From the NCBI GenBank assembly GCA_963850905.1, contig CAWKMU010000005.1, positions 1 to 42,128 on the forward strand: a stretch of DNA of 42,128 bases. The letters are read 5' to 3'. The notes beneath the pieces were generated by a model, which saw only the letters and a program-made list of their open reading frames with translations, ran no database searches and was not told the origin of the DNA. Shown here piece after piece: positions 1 through 9,171 of the stretch (within the stretch, counting starts at the first letter, position 1; every line of letters starts with the position of its first letter). Source of the stretch: an uncultured Gemmatimonadales bacterium (lineage in GTDB: Bacteria > Gemmatimonadota > Gemmatimonadetes > Gemmatimonadales > Gemmatimonadaceae). The position numbers were made by a program, and so were the translations under genes.

Positions 1-18
1 TAGGCCGCGAGGTTTGTT

Positions 19-53
19 TCCAGCGTCCAGCGTCTAGCGTCCAGCGTCTAATA
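19..53 (+). repeat. Heptamer tandem repeat (TCYARCG)x5, preceded by a hairpin-arm-like sequence at 3-18
   Basis: Units tccagcg tccagcg tctagcg tccagcg tctaata read directly. The same unit recurs at 13928, 33728 (minus strand) and 42004. Confidence 0.85.
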
Positions 54-77
54 TCCCCACAGACCTTGCCCGAACTG

Positions 78-758
78 TTACCAAATGTACGGGACGAGAC
101 GGTAGCGCACGGCGCGCGTGTATTCCGTGTACCCAGGTAGATTCTCGCGAAGGTATTTCTCTTCGTCGAAGAGTCGCCACGCGAGCACACCAATGACGAT
201 CGGCGTCAGGAGGAACCCGTACCATGAGCCAAGCGCGAGCGGCGCCCCGAGACACACCAGGATCGCGCCGGCATACATCGGGTGCCGGACGATCGCATAG
301 GGGCCGGTCGATACGACCGTTTGCCCTTCGACGACGCCTATCGTTGCAGCGGCGAAGCGGTTCTCCCTGACCACGAGGAAGTAGATAAGAATCCCGAGTG
401 CGGCGAGAATGTCACCAAACACCGAAAGCTGCGTGGGCATAACAGGTGACCAGCCAAAGCGGTGGTCGAGCGGCATGATCACGAACACTGCAGGGACCAC
501 AAGCCGGGCAATGGATGTGATGCTTTGTTGAACTGCTGTTTTCTCGACAGCCGGGCCCTTGCGCAAACGGCTCTCGAGGAGCGGCTTGTCGTTGCGCGCC
601 ATATACATCGTGACGAGGGTCGTCGAGACCATGAGTGTCAGGAAAAATGCCCAACCCTGCCAGTAGTCGAGTGTCCACGCCGGGATGAAGATGACGGCGA
701 AGAACCCAATGGCGCCTGCGAAGGCTGCGTATACGGTCCGGAGGTAAAGATTTGTCAT
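78..758 (-). CDS. Isoprenylcysteine carboxylmethyltransferase (ICMT/PEMT) family membrane protein
   Basis: Multi-TM protein with VVSTGPYAIVRHPMY and EEKYLRENLPGYTEY...RLVPYIW motifs. Start placed at MTNLYL (ATG 758). Confidence 0.9.
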   Translation of the reverse strand: MTNLYLRTVYAAFAGAIGFFAVIFIPAWTLDYWQGWAFFLTLMVSTTLVTMYMARNDKPLLESRLRKGPAVEKTAVQQSITSIARLVVPAVFVIMPLDHRFGWSPVMPTQLSVFGDILAALGILIYFLVVRENRFAAATIGVVEGQTVVSTGPYAIVRHPMYAGAILVCLGAPLALGSWYGFLLTPIVIGVLAWRLFDEEKYLRENLPGYTEYTRAVRYRLVPYIW

Positions 759-819
759 GGTGCGCTGACAAGTTGGTCTCTGGCCGTGCGCCCGTGCGCG
801 AAGACGTCGGCCGACAATC

Positions 820-1029
820 CTAAGCAATAACTCCTGTTACCATCGAGCCGTGGAGTTGCAGAATGACGCGCACCATGAATTCACTCGGCCGCATCACGAC
901 CGGGTCACTGACCCCGACGATCTGACCGCGATCCGCGCGCTCTTCGAACGAGGACGCATCACGCCATGACTTCTCAATGGCTCGGTCAACCACCCGAGCC
1001 GTCGTGTCAAGGATCGCCTGACTTTGCAT
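820..1029 (-). CDS. Possible small hypothetical protein
   Basis: 69-codon ORF (MQSQAILDTT...) fills the gap upstream of the ICMT gene on the same strand. No recognised motif. Confidence 0.25.
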   Translation of the reverse strand: MQSQAILDTTARVVDRAIEKSWRDASSFEERADRGQIVGVSDPVVMRPSEFMVRVILQLHGSMVTGVIA

Positions 1030-1165
1030 CCTGAGCTGAAGCAGCGGACGCGTCAGCCCGGGAAGATCGGGCGCGGGGTGTCGACCGAGCAGGTCCTGAT
1101 GAGCTCGACGTCCGGAAATACGCCGAGCGTCTGGAGCCGCATCACTGCGGGACCTCCCGGCAGGT

Positions 1166-1207
1166 TGTGAGGTTTCCCCCAATGTCCGCATCAGGTTCGT
1201 GGGGACA
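1166..1207. promoter_or_regulatory. Degenerate tandem operator boxes upstream of the BON gene
   Basis: TGTGAG-gtttccc-CCAATG (1166-1184) and CATCAG-gttcgtg-GGGACA (1189-1207), offset 23 bp. TACACT (-10-like) at 1235-1240. Confidence 0.45.
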
Positions 1208-1261
1208 CAATGAGTCAATGCGTGCACCTGCGCGTACACTCAACAAGTGGAGGGACGCAAT

Positions 1262-1924
1262 ATGCAAAGCGACGACATCATTATTCAACAAGACGTGCTG
1301 GCGGAGTTGCGTTGGGATCCGTCGATCACCGACCAGGGGATCGGCGCCACCGTAAAGGCTGGAGTAGTCACCTTGCGTGGCGACGTGCCGAGCTATAGGG
1401 AAAAGCGAGCGGCGGAGCGTGCAGCGGAACGTGTGGCGGGCGTGCGAGCCGTGGTTCAGGAGATCGAGGTCCACGTGCCGACCTCCGTCGAACTGAGCGA
1501 CGAGGCACTGGCGGTTCGTGCCGCGAGCGCTTTGGACTGGGCTGTGCAAGTCCCGAAAGGAACCGTCAAGCCGAGGATCGAGCGGGGATGGGTGACTCTT
1601 GAAGGAACAGTGAAGTACGGGTACCAACGGCTCGGTGCCGAGAGCGTGGTGCGGGATCTGGCCGGTCTGCGGGGCATCACAAACAATGTGAAGGTCGAGC
1701 CGCCGTCCGTATCGCCGACTGCCGTTCGCAATGACATCGAGCAGGCCCTGAAGCGACAAGCTGAGCTCAATGCGACAAGGATCAGCATCGACGCAACAGA
1801 TGGAAGGGTAACGCTGCGCGGAGCGGTGTCGTCCTGGGCCGAGCGACGCGCCGCCGAACACGCAGCGTGGAGCACGCCCGGCGTGACGAACGTCGACGAT
1901 CGCCTCGCCGTGATAACGGGTTGA
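1262..1924 (+). CDS. BON-domain protein (three BON domains, OsmY-like)
   Basis: Three repeats of the G.VTL.G.V...E...AE..A....GV..V pattern. SD GGAGG lies upstream of ATG 1262. Confidence 0.93.
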   Translation: MQSDDIIIQQDVLAELRWDPSITDQGIGATVKAGVVTLRGDVPSYREKRAAERAAERVAGVRAVVQEIEVHVPTSVELSDEALAVRAASALDWAVQVPKGTVKPRIERGWVTLEGTVKYGYQRLGAESVVRDLAGLRGITNNVKVEPPSVSPTAVRNDIEQALKRQAELNATRISIDATDGRVTLRGAVSSWAERRAAEHAAWSTPGVTNVDDRLAVITG

Positions 1925-2093
1925 TTCGAAGCCGATGAGGCAAAAGCTTCGCATGCGGATTCGAAGAGGAAAGTCAGCCCGCATCCTTGTCATACCTATT
2001 GGCGCGCCGGCGCGAGAGCCGGCGCGCTTGGTGCAGGCAGCAGTGGGGGTCGCGACGGCGGATCCAGTGAGCCCCAATGCGATCCGGGAGGTG

Positions 2094-2480
2094 ATGAGCG
2101 TGACGAGACCCGCGCAACAGCGCCCTGAGGGGATTATGCTCCTTCGCCAGAGCTTGGTGGAGGCGTTGCAAGAATCCTGTCGGACGCGTCGCTATGACTC
2201 GCCGCAACTTCGACGTGCTATTCAGGAATTCGCACGGGGTGCAACTCATGCAGGGCTCGGTCTCGAGTGGGTCCAGACATCAGTTGAGGACGCGATTGAG
2301 ACGGCAGTCGTGCCGTCGCTCGACGAGTATCAGAGGGAGACCCTCTGCTCTGCCGTAGGCCGTATGGTCCAGGACGCCGACGTCGTTTGGCCCGCTGCAG
2401 ACTTTTACTCGCGACATGCCGCAGGTGCCACGCCTTCTGCCGCTCGAAGTAAAAACGGGAGGCGAAAGCGGAGCCCGTGA
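2094..2480 (+). CDS. Hypothetical helical protein, paralog of 20115-20537 (start uncertain)
   Basis: Aligns by eye with the 20115-20537 product (YDSPQLRRAIQEFARGATHAGLGLEW vs FDSSSLRAAVGEFARNARHRGLDLKW). Confidence 0.7.
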   Translation: MSVTRPAQQRPEGIMLLRQSLVEALQESCRTRRYDSPQLRRAIQEFARGATHAGLGLEWVQTSVEDAIETAVVPSLDEYQRETLCSAVGRMVQDADVVWPAADFYSRHAAGATPSAARSKNGRRKRSP

Positions 2481-2660
2481 GCGAGCGGGGATCCAACCCC
2501 GTCGGGACCTGTGGAGTGGCTGGAGGAGTCCGGTCTGTCGACGTGTCGTGGCCGAGCGCTTCGTCAGCGCGCTGCAGGTCGACGCCAAGAAGGAACGTGG
2601 ATCACGGCGGCGGCCGTGGGGTGGGTTGAGCCACAAGGCTTGCCCGCGCGATGAGGCCAG

Positions 2661-3332
2661 TCAATGTGCACGCGATCCCACCACGATCAACGTATCGCCT
2701 GTCGCGAGCCGCAGGTCAGGCGGCGGATTCGTCATAAAGGCGCCTGCACTGCCCCGTCGGACGGCGACGAGGTTGGGGAGTCCGGGCAGATACGGTATGG
2801 CGTCGAGGATCGTTTGACCGACCATTGAGCTGCCCGCCGCGAGGGTAGCCTCTTCCATCCACAGGTCGACTTGCTCCGCATCCCGAATGGTGTCGAGAAA
2901 CGCCACGATTCCTGGCGACACAAGCTGGGTAGCCATACGATGCGCGCCGATGGCATACGGGGACACCACTCGAGTCGCTCCCGCTCGCAGCAGCTTGGCT
3001 TCTGAATCCTGTTCGTTCGCCCGGGCTACGATCCGAAGCGTTGGGTTCAGCGCGTGAGCTGAGAGTGCGATCGAAAGATTGATAGCGTCACTTCCTGTCG
3101 CGGCGACCAGGCCACGCGCATGCGCAACGTGAGCGCTAATCAAGATCGCGTCATCGGTCGCGCTTCCGGTCACGGTGTGTGCCAGATGTGTCTCGGCGAA
3201 CGCCCGCGCATCGACATCGATGGCGACGACAGCTCGACTGCGGCGTCGGAGGGCGAGGACTACCTCACGTCCGACGCGGCCGCAGCCACAGATGATGTAG
3301 TGATCCGTGAGCCCGAGTGGTGCCTGCGGCAT
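2661..3332 (-). CDS. Stand-alone RCK (TrkA-N + TrkA-C) protein
   Basis: HYIICGCGRVGRE Rossmann motif, LLRAGATRVVSPY and a TrkA-C tail (GDTLIVVG). No TM segments. Confidence 0.85.
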   Translation of the reverse strand: MPQAPLGLTDHYIICGCGRVGREVVLALRRRSRAVVAIDVDARAFAETHLAHTVTGSATDDAILISAHVAHARGLVAATGSDAINLSIALSAHALNPTLRIVARANEQDSEAKLLRAGATRVVSPYAIGAHRMATQLVSPGIVAFLDTIRDAEQVDLWMEEATLAAGSSMVGQTILDAIPYLPGLPNLVAVRRGSAGAFMTNPPPDLRLATGDTLIVVGSRAH

Positions 3333-3342
3333 CGATAGCGTC

Positions 3343-4404
3343 TCAGCGAGGGCGTTCTACGGGACGGTGCCGACGGTCGGTCGATAGATGCGCCCGTCGC
3401 CTGCCGACGCCGTCGGCGCGGCTGCCCATTTGGTGTATTGCACTCCGCGGCCCGATCGCCACGAGGGTGTCGCCGGCTGCGAGCGCTGTGTCGTGTCGTG
3501 GATTGGTCACAAACTCGGGGTCGCTCGCTCGCCGAAACGCGACAATGTTGAGGCGGTGTTGTGTGGGCGGGAATGCGTCGCCAAGGGTGCGCCCAATCAA
3601 CACGCTGTCTTCGGCGAGCGTAGCGACCTCGAGCCTCAGGTCGACGTCCGGCGCGTGCACGACTGTATCGAAGAAGGCAGTAATTCCTGGTGATAGAAGG
3701 TCCGCTGCGATACGGTGTCCGCCAATGGCGTAGGGTGAGACGACGTGCGTTGCGCCCGCACGGAGAAGCTTGCTTTCAGCCGCAGGCTCGCTCGCTCGTG
3801 CGAGAATCGTGAGGTCGGGCGCAAGGGCACGTGCGGAAAGGGTGATGACCAGGTTCATTGCATCGTCTCCAGTAGCGGCCACGAGCCCACGGGCCTTCGT
3901 GATCCCGGCGCCAAGGAGGACGGCATCATCGCTCGCGTCGCCAGTGATCAGCAGCTCGTCACTCGTATCCAGCGCCTCGAGCGCTCGTTCAATCACCACG
4001 ACCGCAAACCGACGCCGGCGCAAGTCCGCTGCGACCTGGCGGCCGACGCGCCCATATCCGCACACAATGTAATGGTCGGACAGGCAATGGATACTGCGGG
4101 CAAGGCGTCGCCGACGAAACAGGCCAGTGACCACACCGCCCGTCACGTACTCGCCCAGGGCCGACACAATGTAGGCGGCAACGCTGACGCCGGTGACGAT
4201 GAGTGCGACGGTGAACAGTCGGCCCCGTGGCGAGAGCGGATGAGGAGCCTCGAGGCCAACCGTGGAGAGGATCACCACGGCCATATACAAGGCGTCGCCG
4301 ACGCTCCAGCCCTCGATCACCATGTAGCCGAGCATGCCGAGCACGGCCAGGACGGTCAGAAGCGCCAGCGCGCGTACGATACGGTGTGACCACCATCGCC
4401 TCAT
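3343..4404 (-). CDS. Potassium channel family protein (2-TM pore + RCK, MthK/Kch-like)
   Basis: DALYMAVVILSTVGL pore/filter segment, two TM helices, then HYIVCGYGRVGR RCK-N and RCK-C domains. Confidence 0.9.
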   Translation of the reverse strand: MRRWWSHRIVRALALLTVLAVLGMLGYMVIEGWSVGDALYMAVVILSTVGLEAPHPLSPRGRLFTVALIVTGVSVAAYIVSALGEYVTGGVVTGLFRRRRLARSIHCLSDHYIVCGYGRVGRQVAADLRRRRFAVVVIERALEALDTSDELLITGDASDDAVLLGAGITKARGLVAATGDDAMNLVITLSARALAPDLTILARASEPAAESKLLRAGATHVVSPYAIGGHRIAADLLSPGITAFFDTVVHAPDVDLRLEVATLAEDSVLIGRTLGDAFPPTQHRLNIVAFRRASDPEFVTNPRHDTALAAGDTLVAIGPRSAIHQMGSRADGVGRRRAHLSTDRRHRPVERPR

Positions 4405-4513
4405 GCGTAACCCTCGGGACGCTGAAGAACGAGCTGACAGATTGTGGGGCGTGCCCGCGAGTAATGCCAGGCCCGTGCAGGCCCTCAAGAGTCGCGGCTT
4501 TGGGGTAACAGGC

Positions 4514-4555
4514 TGTCAGGCGACCGCCGACAACAAGCAATGGACTGCCCCGACA
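4514..4555. promoter_or_regulatory. Palindromic operator plus tandem half-site between the divergent K+ channel and USP genes
   Basis: TGTCAG-gcgaccg-CCGACA (4514-4532). A second CCGACA at 4550-4555 is offset 23 bp. Confidence 0.75.
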
Positions 4556-4643
4556 GCGCGGACTTTCCTGGTTGACGATCTTCAGTCACGACACCGGCAG
4601 GATCGTTTTCCCTCCTCATGACGTCCGTCCGGACGAGGAGAGC

Positions 4644-5568
4644 ATGCAAATGGCGACCGGATATGACGCCTATCCCAAACCACCGCAGGCGACAGCCGCT
4701 CCAATGCGGGCAATGGGCTCGCCAATCGTTGTGGGCACCTGTGGCACCCGGGACTCAAACGGGGCGATCCGTCTCGCGCACCTCCTTGCGCAACGAGAAT
4801 GCGAGGGCCGTGTACGTTGTCGGAGTGCTCGACACCGACTGGCAAAGCACGTACGGGACGGGTGAGGGTAGCGAACCCTATGACGCGCGGACGGCGGACG
4901 CATTGCTCGCTCGCATCGAGCGTCAGCTCGTCGAGCTCGGGGTACCGGCAGGACAGTGGCCGGTCGGCATCGTCGGGGGCGAACGCGCTGGCGCGCTGGG
5001 GGACATCGCAGGCAACGACCGCACATCGCTCCTCCTGGTCGGCCTGAAGAGTCACATCGCGCTGGCACGGCTCTGGGGGCGGTCGACCGCACTCGGTGCA
5101 GCGAGCAAGGGCAGGCGCACCGTCCTCGCCGTCGATCCGCTGGCCAGAGCGTTGCCGACGTGCGCGGTCGTGGGCACCACCTTCGGCCCGGCCAGTGAGA
5201 ACGCTGCTCGAGCCGCACTCGAATGCCTTGGGTCGTCCGGATCGCTGCACTTGGTGCATGTCCGACCCTTCATGTCCCAAATCGGCGTGGGGGCGCTATC
5301 GACCGACGTGGCGTACGCGCAGGAGATTGCCGACCGCTTGGGGAGCATGATCTCGGCGCTCGGAGCACCAGATGGTGTCCGGGTGCGATGTCACGATTTG
5401 AGCGGCGACCCAGCGAGCCGCCTGCTCGAAGTCGCAGAGCAAGAGCACGCCGACCTCATCGCCGTTGGCACGCACGACCGTCCCGCCTTTGGTGCGTTCC
5501 TCGTCGGCACCGTTGCCTCACGTGTGCTTGGGGTCCACCGAACGTCCGTCTTGGTCGCCTCAGCCTGA
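4644..5568 (+). CDS. Tandem-domain universal stress protein (one +1 frameshift near 4800 as sequenced)
   Basis: The N-terminus PIVVGTCGTRDSNGAIRLAHLLAQR (SD GAGGAG, ATG 4644) continues in the next frame to ADLIAVGTH...FLVGTVASRVL...SVLV. Confidence 0.85.
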
Positions 5569-5731
5569 TGGCAGCATGCTCAATGGACCAGTGGACCACG
5601 CGATTCATCGTACCCGGGGTATCGGGCAAGATCGCCGAGCGCGCCGACTCCGACGGCCCACGATGGCGCTCGTACATGCTCATGCAAATGTCCGAGGAGC
5701 GCTCACCCGCAGCGTTTGAGCATCCCTCGAC

Positions 5732-8326
5732 GTGTCGGCAAACCCTGGCCTCGTAAGCCGGCGGCGGAAACCGGCCCCGCTAATCGGTGCTGCCGGTGAG
5801 AGTGTTGCCGATGTCTTGCGGCGGTGCGCCTCGGTCGCCGACGGGCTAACGTCGACAGAAGCGGAGGTTCGGCTCGCACGATACGGCGCGAACGAGGTCG
5901 CCACACAGCGGCCGATGCGATGGCCCACACGCTTGCTGCGTGCCGTTCGCAACCCGCTGGTCATCCTGCTATCGGTCCTCGCAGGCATCTCGCTGGCGAC
6001 CGGTGACATTCGCTCGACGGTTGTGATGGTGGCTATGGTGGTGTTGGGGGTTGCGCTTCGATTCACACAAGAGGCGCGAGCCGACCGCGCGGCAGCGGCG
6101 CTACGGGCCATGATTCATGTCACGGCCACGGCGATCCGAGATGGTGCGCCTCGCGAGATCCCTCTCTCTGGTATAGTCCCTGGCAATGTCGTCTTGCTGG
6201 CGGCCGGCGACATGATTCCTGGCGACGCTCGCGTACTGGCAGCCAAGGATTTGTTCGTCAACCAGGCGAGTCTGACTGGCGAGTCGTTCCCGGTCGAGAA
6301 AAGGGACGTCCCAGGGGCCGAGCAGGCCGCAACGCTCGCTGAGCATCCCAACTTGGTGCTTCTGGGAACGAGCGTGCAGAGCGGCACCGCCAGGGCGGTC
6401 ATCATCGAGACAGGCCCGCGCACGGTATTCGGTGGTATGATGCAGGGCGTCGGGGCCAGACCAACACCAACGGCCTTTGATCGCGGGATCGATCGCTTCA
6501 CTTGGCTCATGATTCGGTTCATGGTCGTCATGGTGCCGATCGTGTTCTTGGTGAATGGACTCACGAAGCACGACTGGAGGCAGGCGTTCTTTTTCGCCTT
6601 GGCGGTGGCTGTCGGTCTCACGCCGGAAATGCTTCCTACGATCGTGTCCGTCTGTCTTGCAAGAGGCGCGGTTGCCATGGCGAGGCACCGTGTCATCGTC
6701 AAACGCCTCAACGCCATTCAGAACTTTGGTGCCATGGACGTGCTCTGTACGGACAAGACCGGCACGCTGACGATGGACAGCATCATCCTTGAACGCTATG
6801 TGGATGTGGAAGGTCGGTCAGCCAATGCCGTGCTGCGCGACGCGCTCTTGATTAGTCATTTGGAGACCGGGCTCAAGAGCGCGCTCGATACTGCGGTGCT
6901 CGCGCACCTGGCGGGCCATCCGGAGTTGGCAATTGATCAATACCAGAAGGTTGACGAGATACCCTTTGACTTCGCGCGGAAGTTCATGTCAGTGGTCGTT
7001 CACTGCCCTGACGGTCCTTGCCGCTTGTTGGCCAAGGGAGCGCCCGAGGAAATCCTTCGTCGCTGCGAGTCCGTCAATGTCGGCGGCTGTCCGCGAACGC
7101 TCGATGCGGCGCTTCTTACAGCTGCACATGCGGAATACGAGCGGCTGAGCGGCGAGGGCTTTCGCGTTCTTGCAGTCGCGTCCAAGGATGTGGTGCAACG
7201 GGCCGGGTACGACAAACTCGACGAGTGCCGCCTGGTGCTCTCCGGCTACATCGCCTTTCTCGATCCGCCGAAGGAGACGGCCAACGCGGCAATCGGCGCA
7301 CTCGAAGGCAGCGGCGTGCGGGTCAAGATTCTGACCGGGGACAACGAGCTCGTGACCAGGACCATCTGCAACAAGGTCCAGCTGCCGGTCGAGCATGTCC
7401 GCCTAGGCTCAGAGCTCGCCACGATGTCCAATGCAGCCCTGCAGGAGGTCGTTGAGGAGACGACGGTATTTGCCCGCCTGTCGCCTAGCGACAAGGAGCG
7501 GATCATCAAAGCGCTCCAGCGACGCGGTCACGTCGTGGGGTTCATGGGGGACGGCATCAACGACGCTGCGGCGTTGCACATAGCGGACGTGAGCATCTCC
7601 GTCGACAGTGCGGTCGATGTCGCCAAGGAGGCGGCCGCGATCGTCCTGCTGGAGAAGAGCCTCATGGTGCTGCACGACGGTGTCATGGAAGGTCGCAAGG
7701 TGTTCGCAAACATCATGAAGTACATCCGCATGGGCGCGAGCTCCAACTTCGGCAACATGTTCAGCGTGTTGGGTGCGAGCGCGCTTCTGCCGTTCGTGCC
7801 GATGCTTCCGATTCAGGTGCTGACGAACAACCTGCTCTATGATTTCTCGCAGATACCCATCCCGAGCGACAACGTCGATGCGGAGCTGATCTCGCGGCCA
7901 CGGCCGTGGGACATCGGGGCCATCGGCCGATATATCATAGTCATCGGGCCGATCAGTTCCATTTTCGACTACACGACGTACGCGATGATGTGGTTCCTGT
8001 TTGGTGCGAGCACGGTTGCACATGCGGCGCTCTTCCAGACCGGATGGTTTGTCGAATCCCTAATGACGCAGACCCTGATCATCCACGTGATTCGTACGAA
8101 TCGAATCCCATTCCTGCAAAGCAGGGCGAGTTGGCCTCTGTTGGTGAACACGGCGTTGATCATGGGTATCGCCGCCTGGCTGCCCATCTCCCCGTTTGCC
8201 CGTTCATTCGGATTTGAGCCGCTGCCCGGCCTGTACTGGCCCCTACTCGGCCTGACACTTCTCGCGTACGTGGCGTTGACCCAGGCGATCAAAGTCCTGC
8301 TCATCCGCCGACATTGGATTGCGTAG
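5732..8326 (+). CDS. mgtA: Magnesium-translocating P-type ATPase (P3B)
   Basis: TGES, VGLTPEMLP, DKTGT, GDGINDA and ASSNFGNMFS, FQTGWFVES motifs typical of MgtA/B. Start uncertain. Confidence 0.93.
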   Translation: MSANPGLVSRRRKPAPLIGAAGESVADVLRRCASVADGLTSTEAEVRLARYGANEVATQRPMRWPTRLLRAVRNPLVILLSVLAGISLATGDIRSTVVMVAMVVLGVALRFTQEARADRAAAALRAMIHVTATAIRDGAPREIPLSGIVPGNVVLLAAGDMIPGDARVLAAKDLFVNQASLTGESFPVEKRDVPGAEQAATLAEHPNLVLLGTSVQSGTARAVIIETGPRTVFGGMMQGVGARPTPTAFDRGIDRFTWLMIRFMVVMVPIVFLVNGLTKHDWRQAFFFALAVAVGLTPEMLPTIVSVCLARGAVAMARHRVIVKRLNAIQNFGAMDVLCTDKTGTLTMDSIILERYVDVEGRSANAVLRDALLISHLETGLKSALDTAVLAHLAGHPELAIDQYQKVDEIPFDFARKFMSVVVHCPDGPCRLLAKGAPEEILRRCESVNVGGCPRTLDAALLTAAHAEYERLSGEGFRVLAVASKDVVQRAGYDKLDECRLVLSGYIAFLDPPKETANAAIGALEGSGVRVKILTGDNELVTRTICNKVQLPVEHVRLGSELATMSNAALQEVVEETTVFARLSPSDKERIIKALQRRGHVVGFMGDGINDAAALHIADVSISVDSAVDVAKEAAAIVLLEKSLMVLHDGVMEGRKVFANIMKYIRMGASSNFGNMFSVLGASALLPFVPMLPIQVLTNNLLYDFSQIPIPSDNVDAELISRPRPWDIGAIGRYIIVIGPISSIFDYTTYAMMWFLFGASTVAHAALFQTGWFVESLMTQTLIIHVIRTNRIPFLQSRASWPLLVNTALIMGIAAWLPISPFARSFGFEPLPGLYWPLLGLTLLAYVALTQAIKVLLIRRHWIA

Positions 8327-8331
8327 GAACG

Positions 8332-8784
8332 CTACGATCCCGACGTCGCTTCGCGCCCGGTGACCTCGTCCAAATGCAGGCGAAGCACGAGGAGCCGAAA
8401 CGGTACAGGATCGTCCGCCGTGCCCGTGCCGGGTACGAGCTCGCGGAGGAGTTCAACTCCATGCGCGAACGAATGCTGATCGACCGGCGGCGAATCCGAG
8501 TCGAGGAAATACACGGCGCCGTGCACCACCACACTTCGCCAGTCGAATGTGCCCTTGACCTCATCGACTTCAAAGGCAGCCCAACGATGATGCGGGAGAA
8601 TCGCGCTCTTTACTCCGCGCGACGTGCGGCAGTAGATCCAGCCATCGGCGAACACATAGTTGATCGGCTCGATGTCGACGCGGGCCCCACTGGCGTACGC
8701 GATTCGCCCCACGTGGTGACGAGCGAGAAGGGCCTCGCACTCGGCACGGGACAGATCTCTGATGGTCGGTCGAGCGGTTGGCAC
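8332..8784 (-). CDS. Pyridoxamine 5'-phosphate oxidase-like (split-barrel flavin-binding) protein
   Basis: LSRAECEALLARHHVGRIA...EPINY...AAFEVDE...WRSVVVHG...VTGR pattern. Start placed at GTG 8784. Confidence 0.88.
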   Translation of the reverse strand: MPTARPTIRDLSRAECEALLARHHVGRIAYASGARVDIEPINYVFADGWIYCRTSRGVKSAILPHHRWAAFEVDEVKGTFDWRSVVVHGAVYFLDSDSPPVDQHSFAHGVELLRELVPGTGTADDPVPFRLLVLRLHLDEVTGREATSGS

Positions 8785-8991
8785 GGAACCCTGAATGAAA
8801 GAGAAAGAATCCAGGACCAGCGGCTTCATGACTATTTTATGCCCCCCGGCCACCCGGCGCGAGGCGTTTGATGAATGTCGGTGCATTCTCATCCGGCGCA
8901 ATGGCGAGGATCAACGCCGGGACACTGACTACACGCAGCTTTGGTAACACCAACCCTGTTCACCAAACACAAAGTGCCCGCCCTGCTCGAT

Positions 8992-9033
8992 GCTGAGGGT
9001 TTGCCTGGCCTGGTAGTCGGCGAACGCCTGACG
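8992..9033. promoter_or_regulatory. Palindromic operator pair between the divergent PPOX-like and FecR/DUF6600 genes
   Basis: AGTCGG-cgaacgc-CTGACG (9015-9033). A degenerate GCTGAG-ggtttgc-CTGGCC lies 23 bp earlier. Confidence 0.7.
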
Positions 9034-9171
9034 GTCATTCACCAGACACGCCGCCACCTTCTGCACGCATGAACGCAGTTCGGAACTGATTACCGCGCGG
9101 GGCGTATGAGCACAGTGCATGTAGGGACATTCTGCCGTAATTCCGTACTTCCTATCCAAGAAAAGCGCACA

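Noticed and set aside
5569..5731. M-box riboswitch or MgtL-like leader upstream of mgtA
   Set aside because: I could not recognise conserved M-box sequence or a Pro-rich leader peptide by eye. An Rfam search would settle it.
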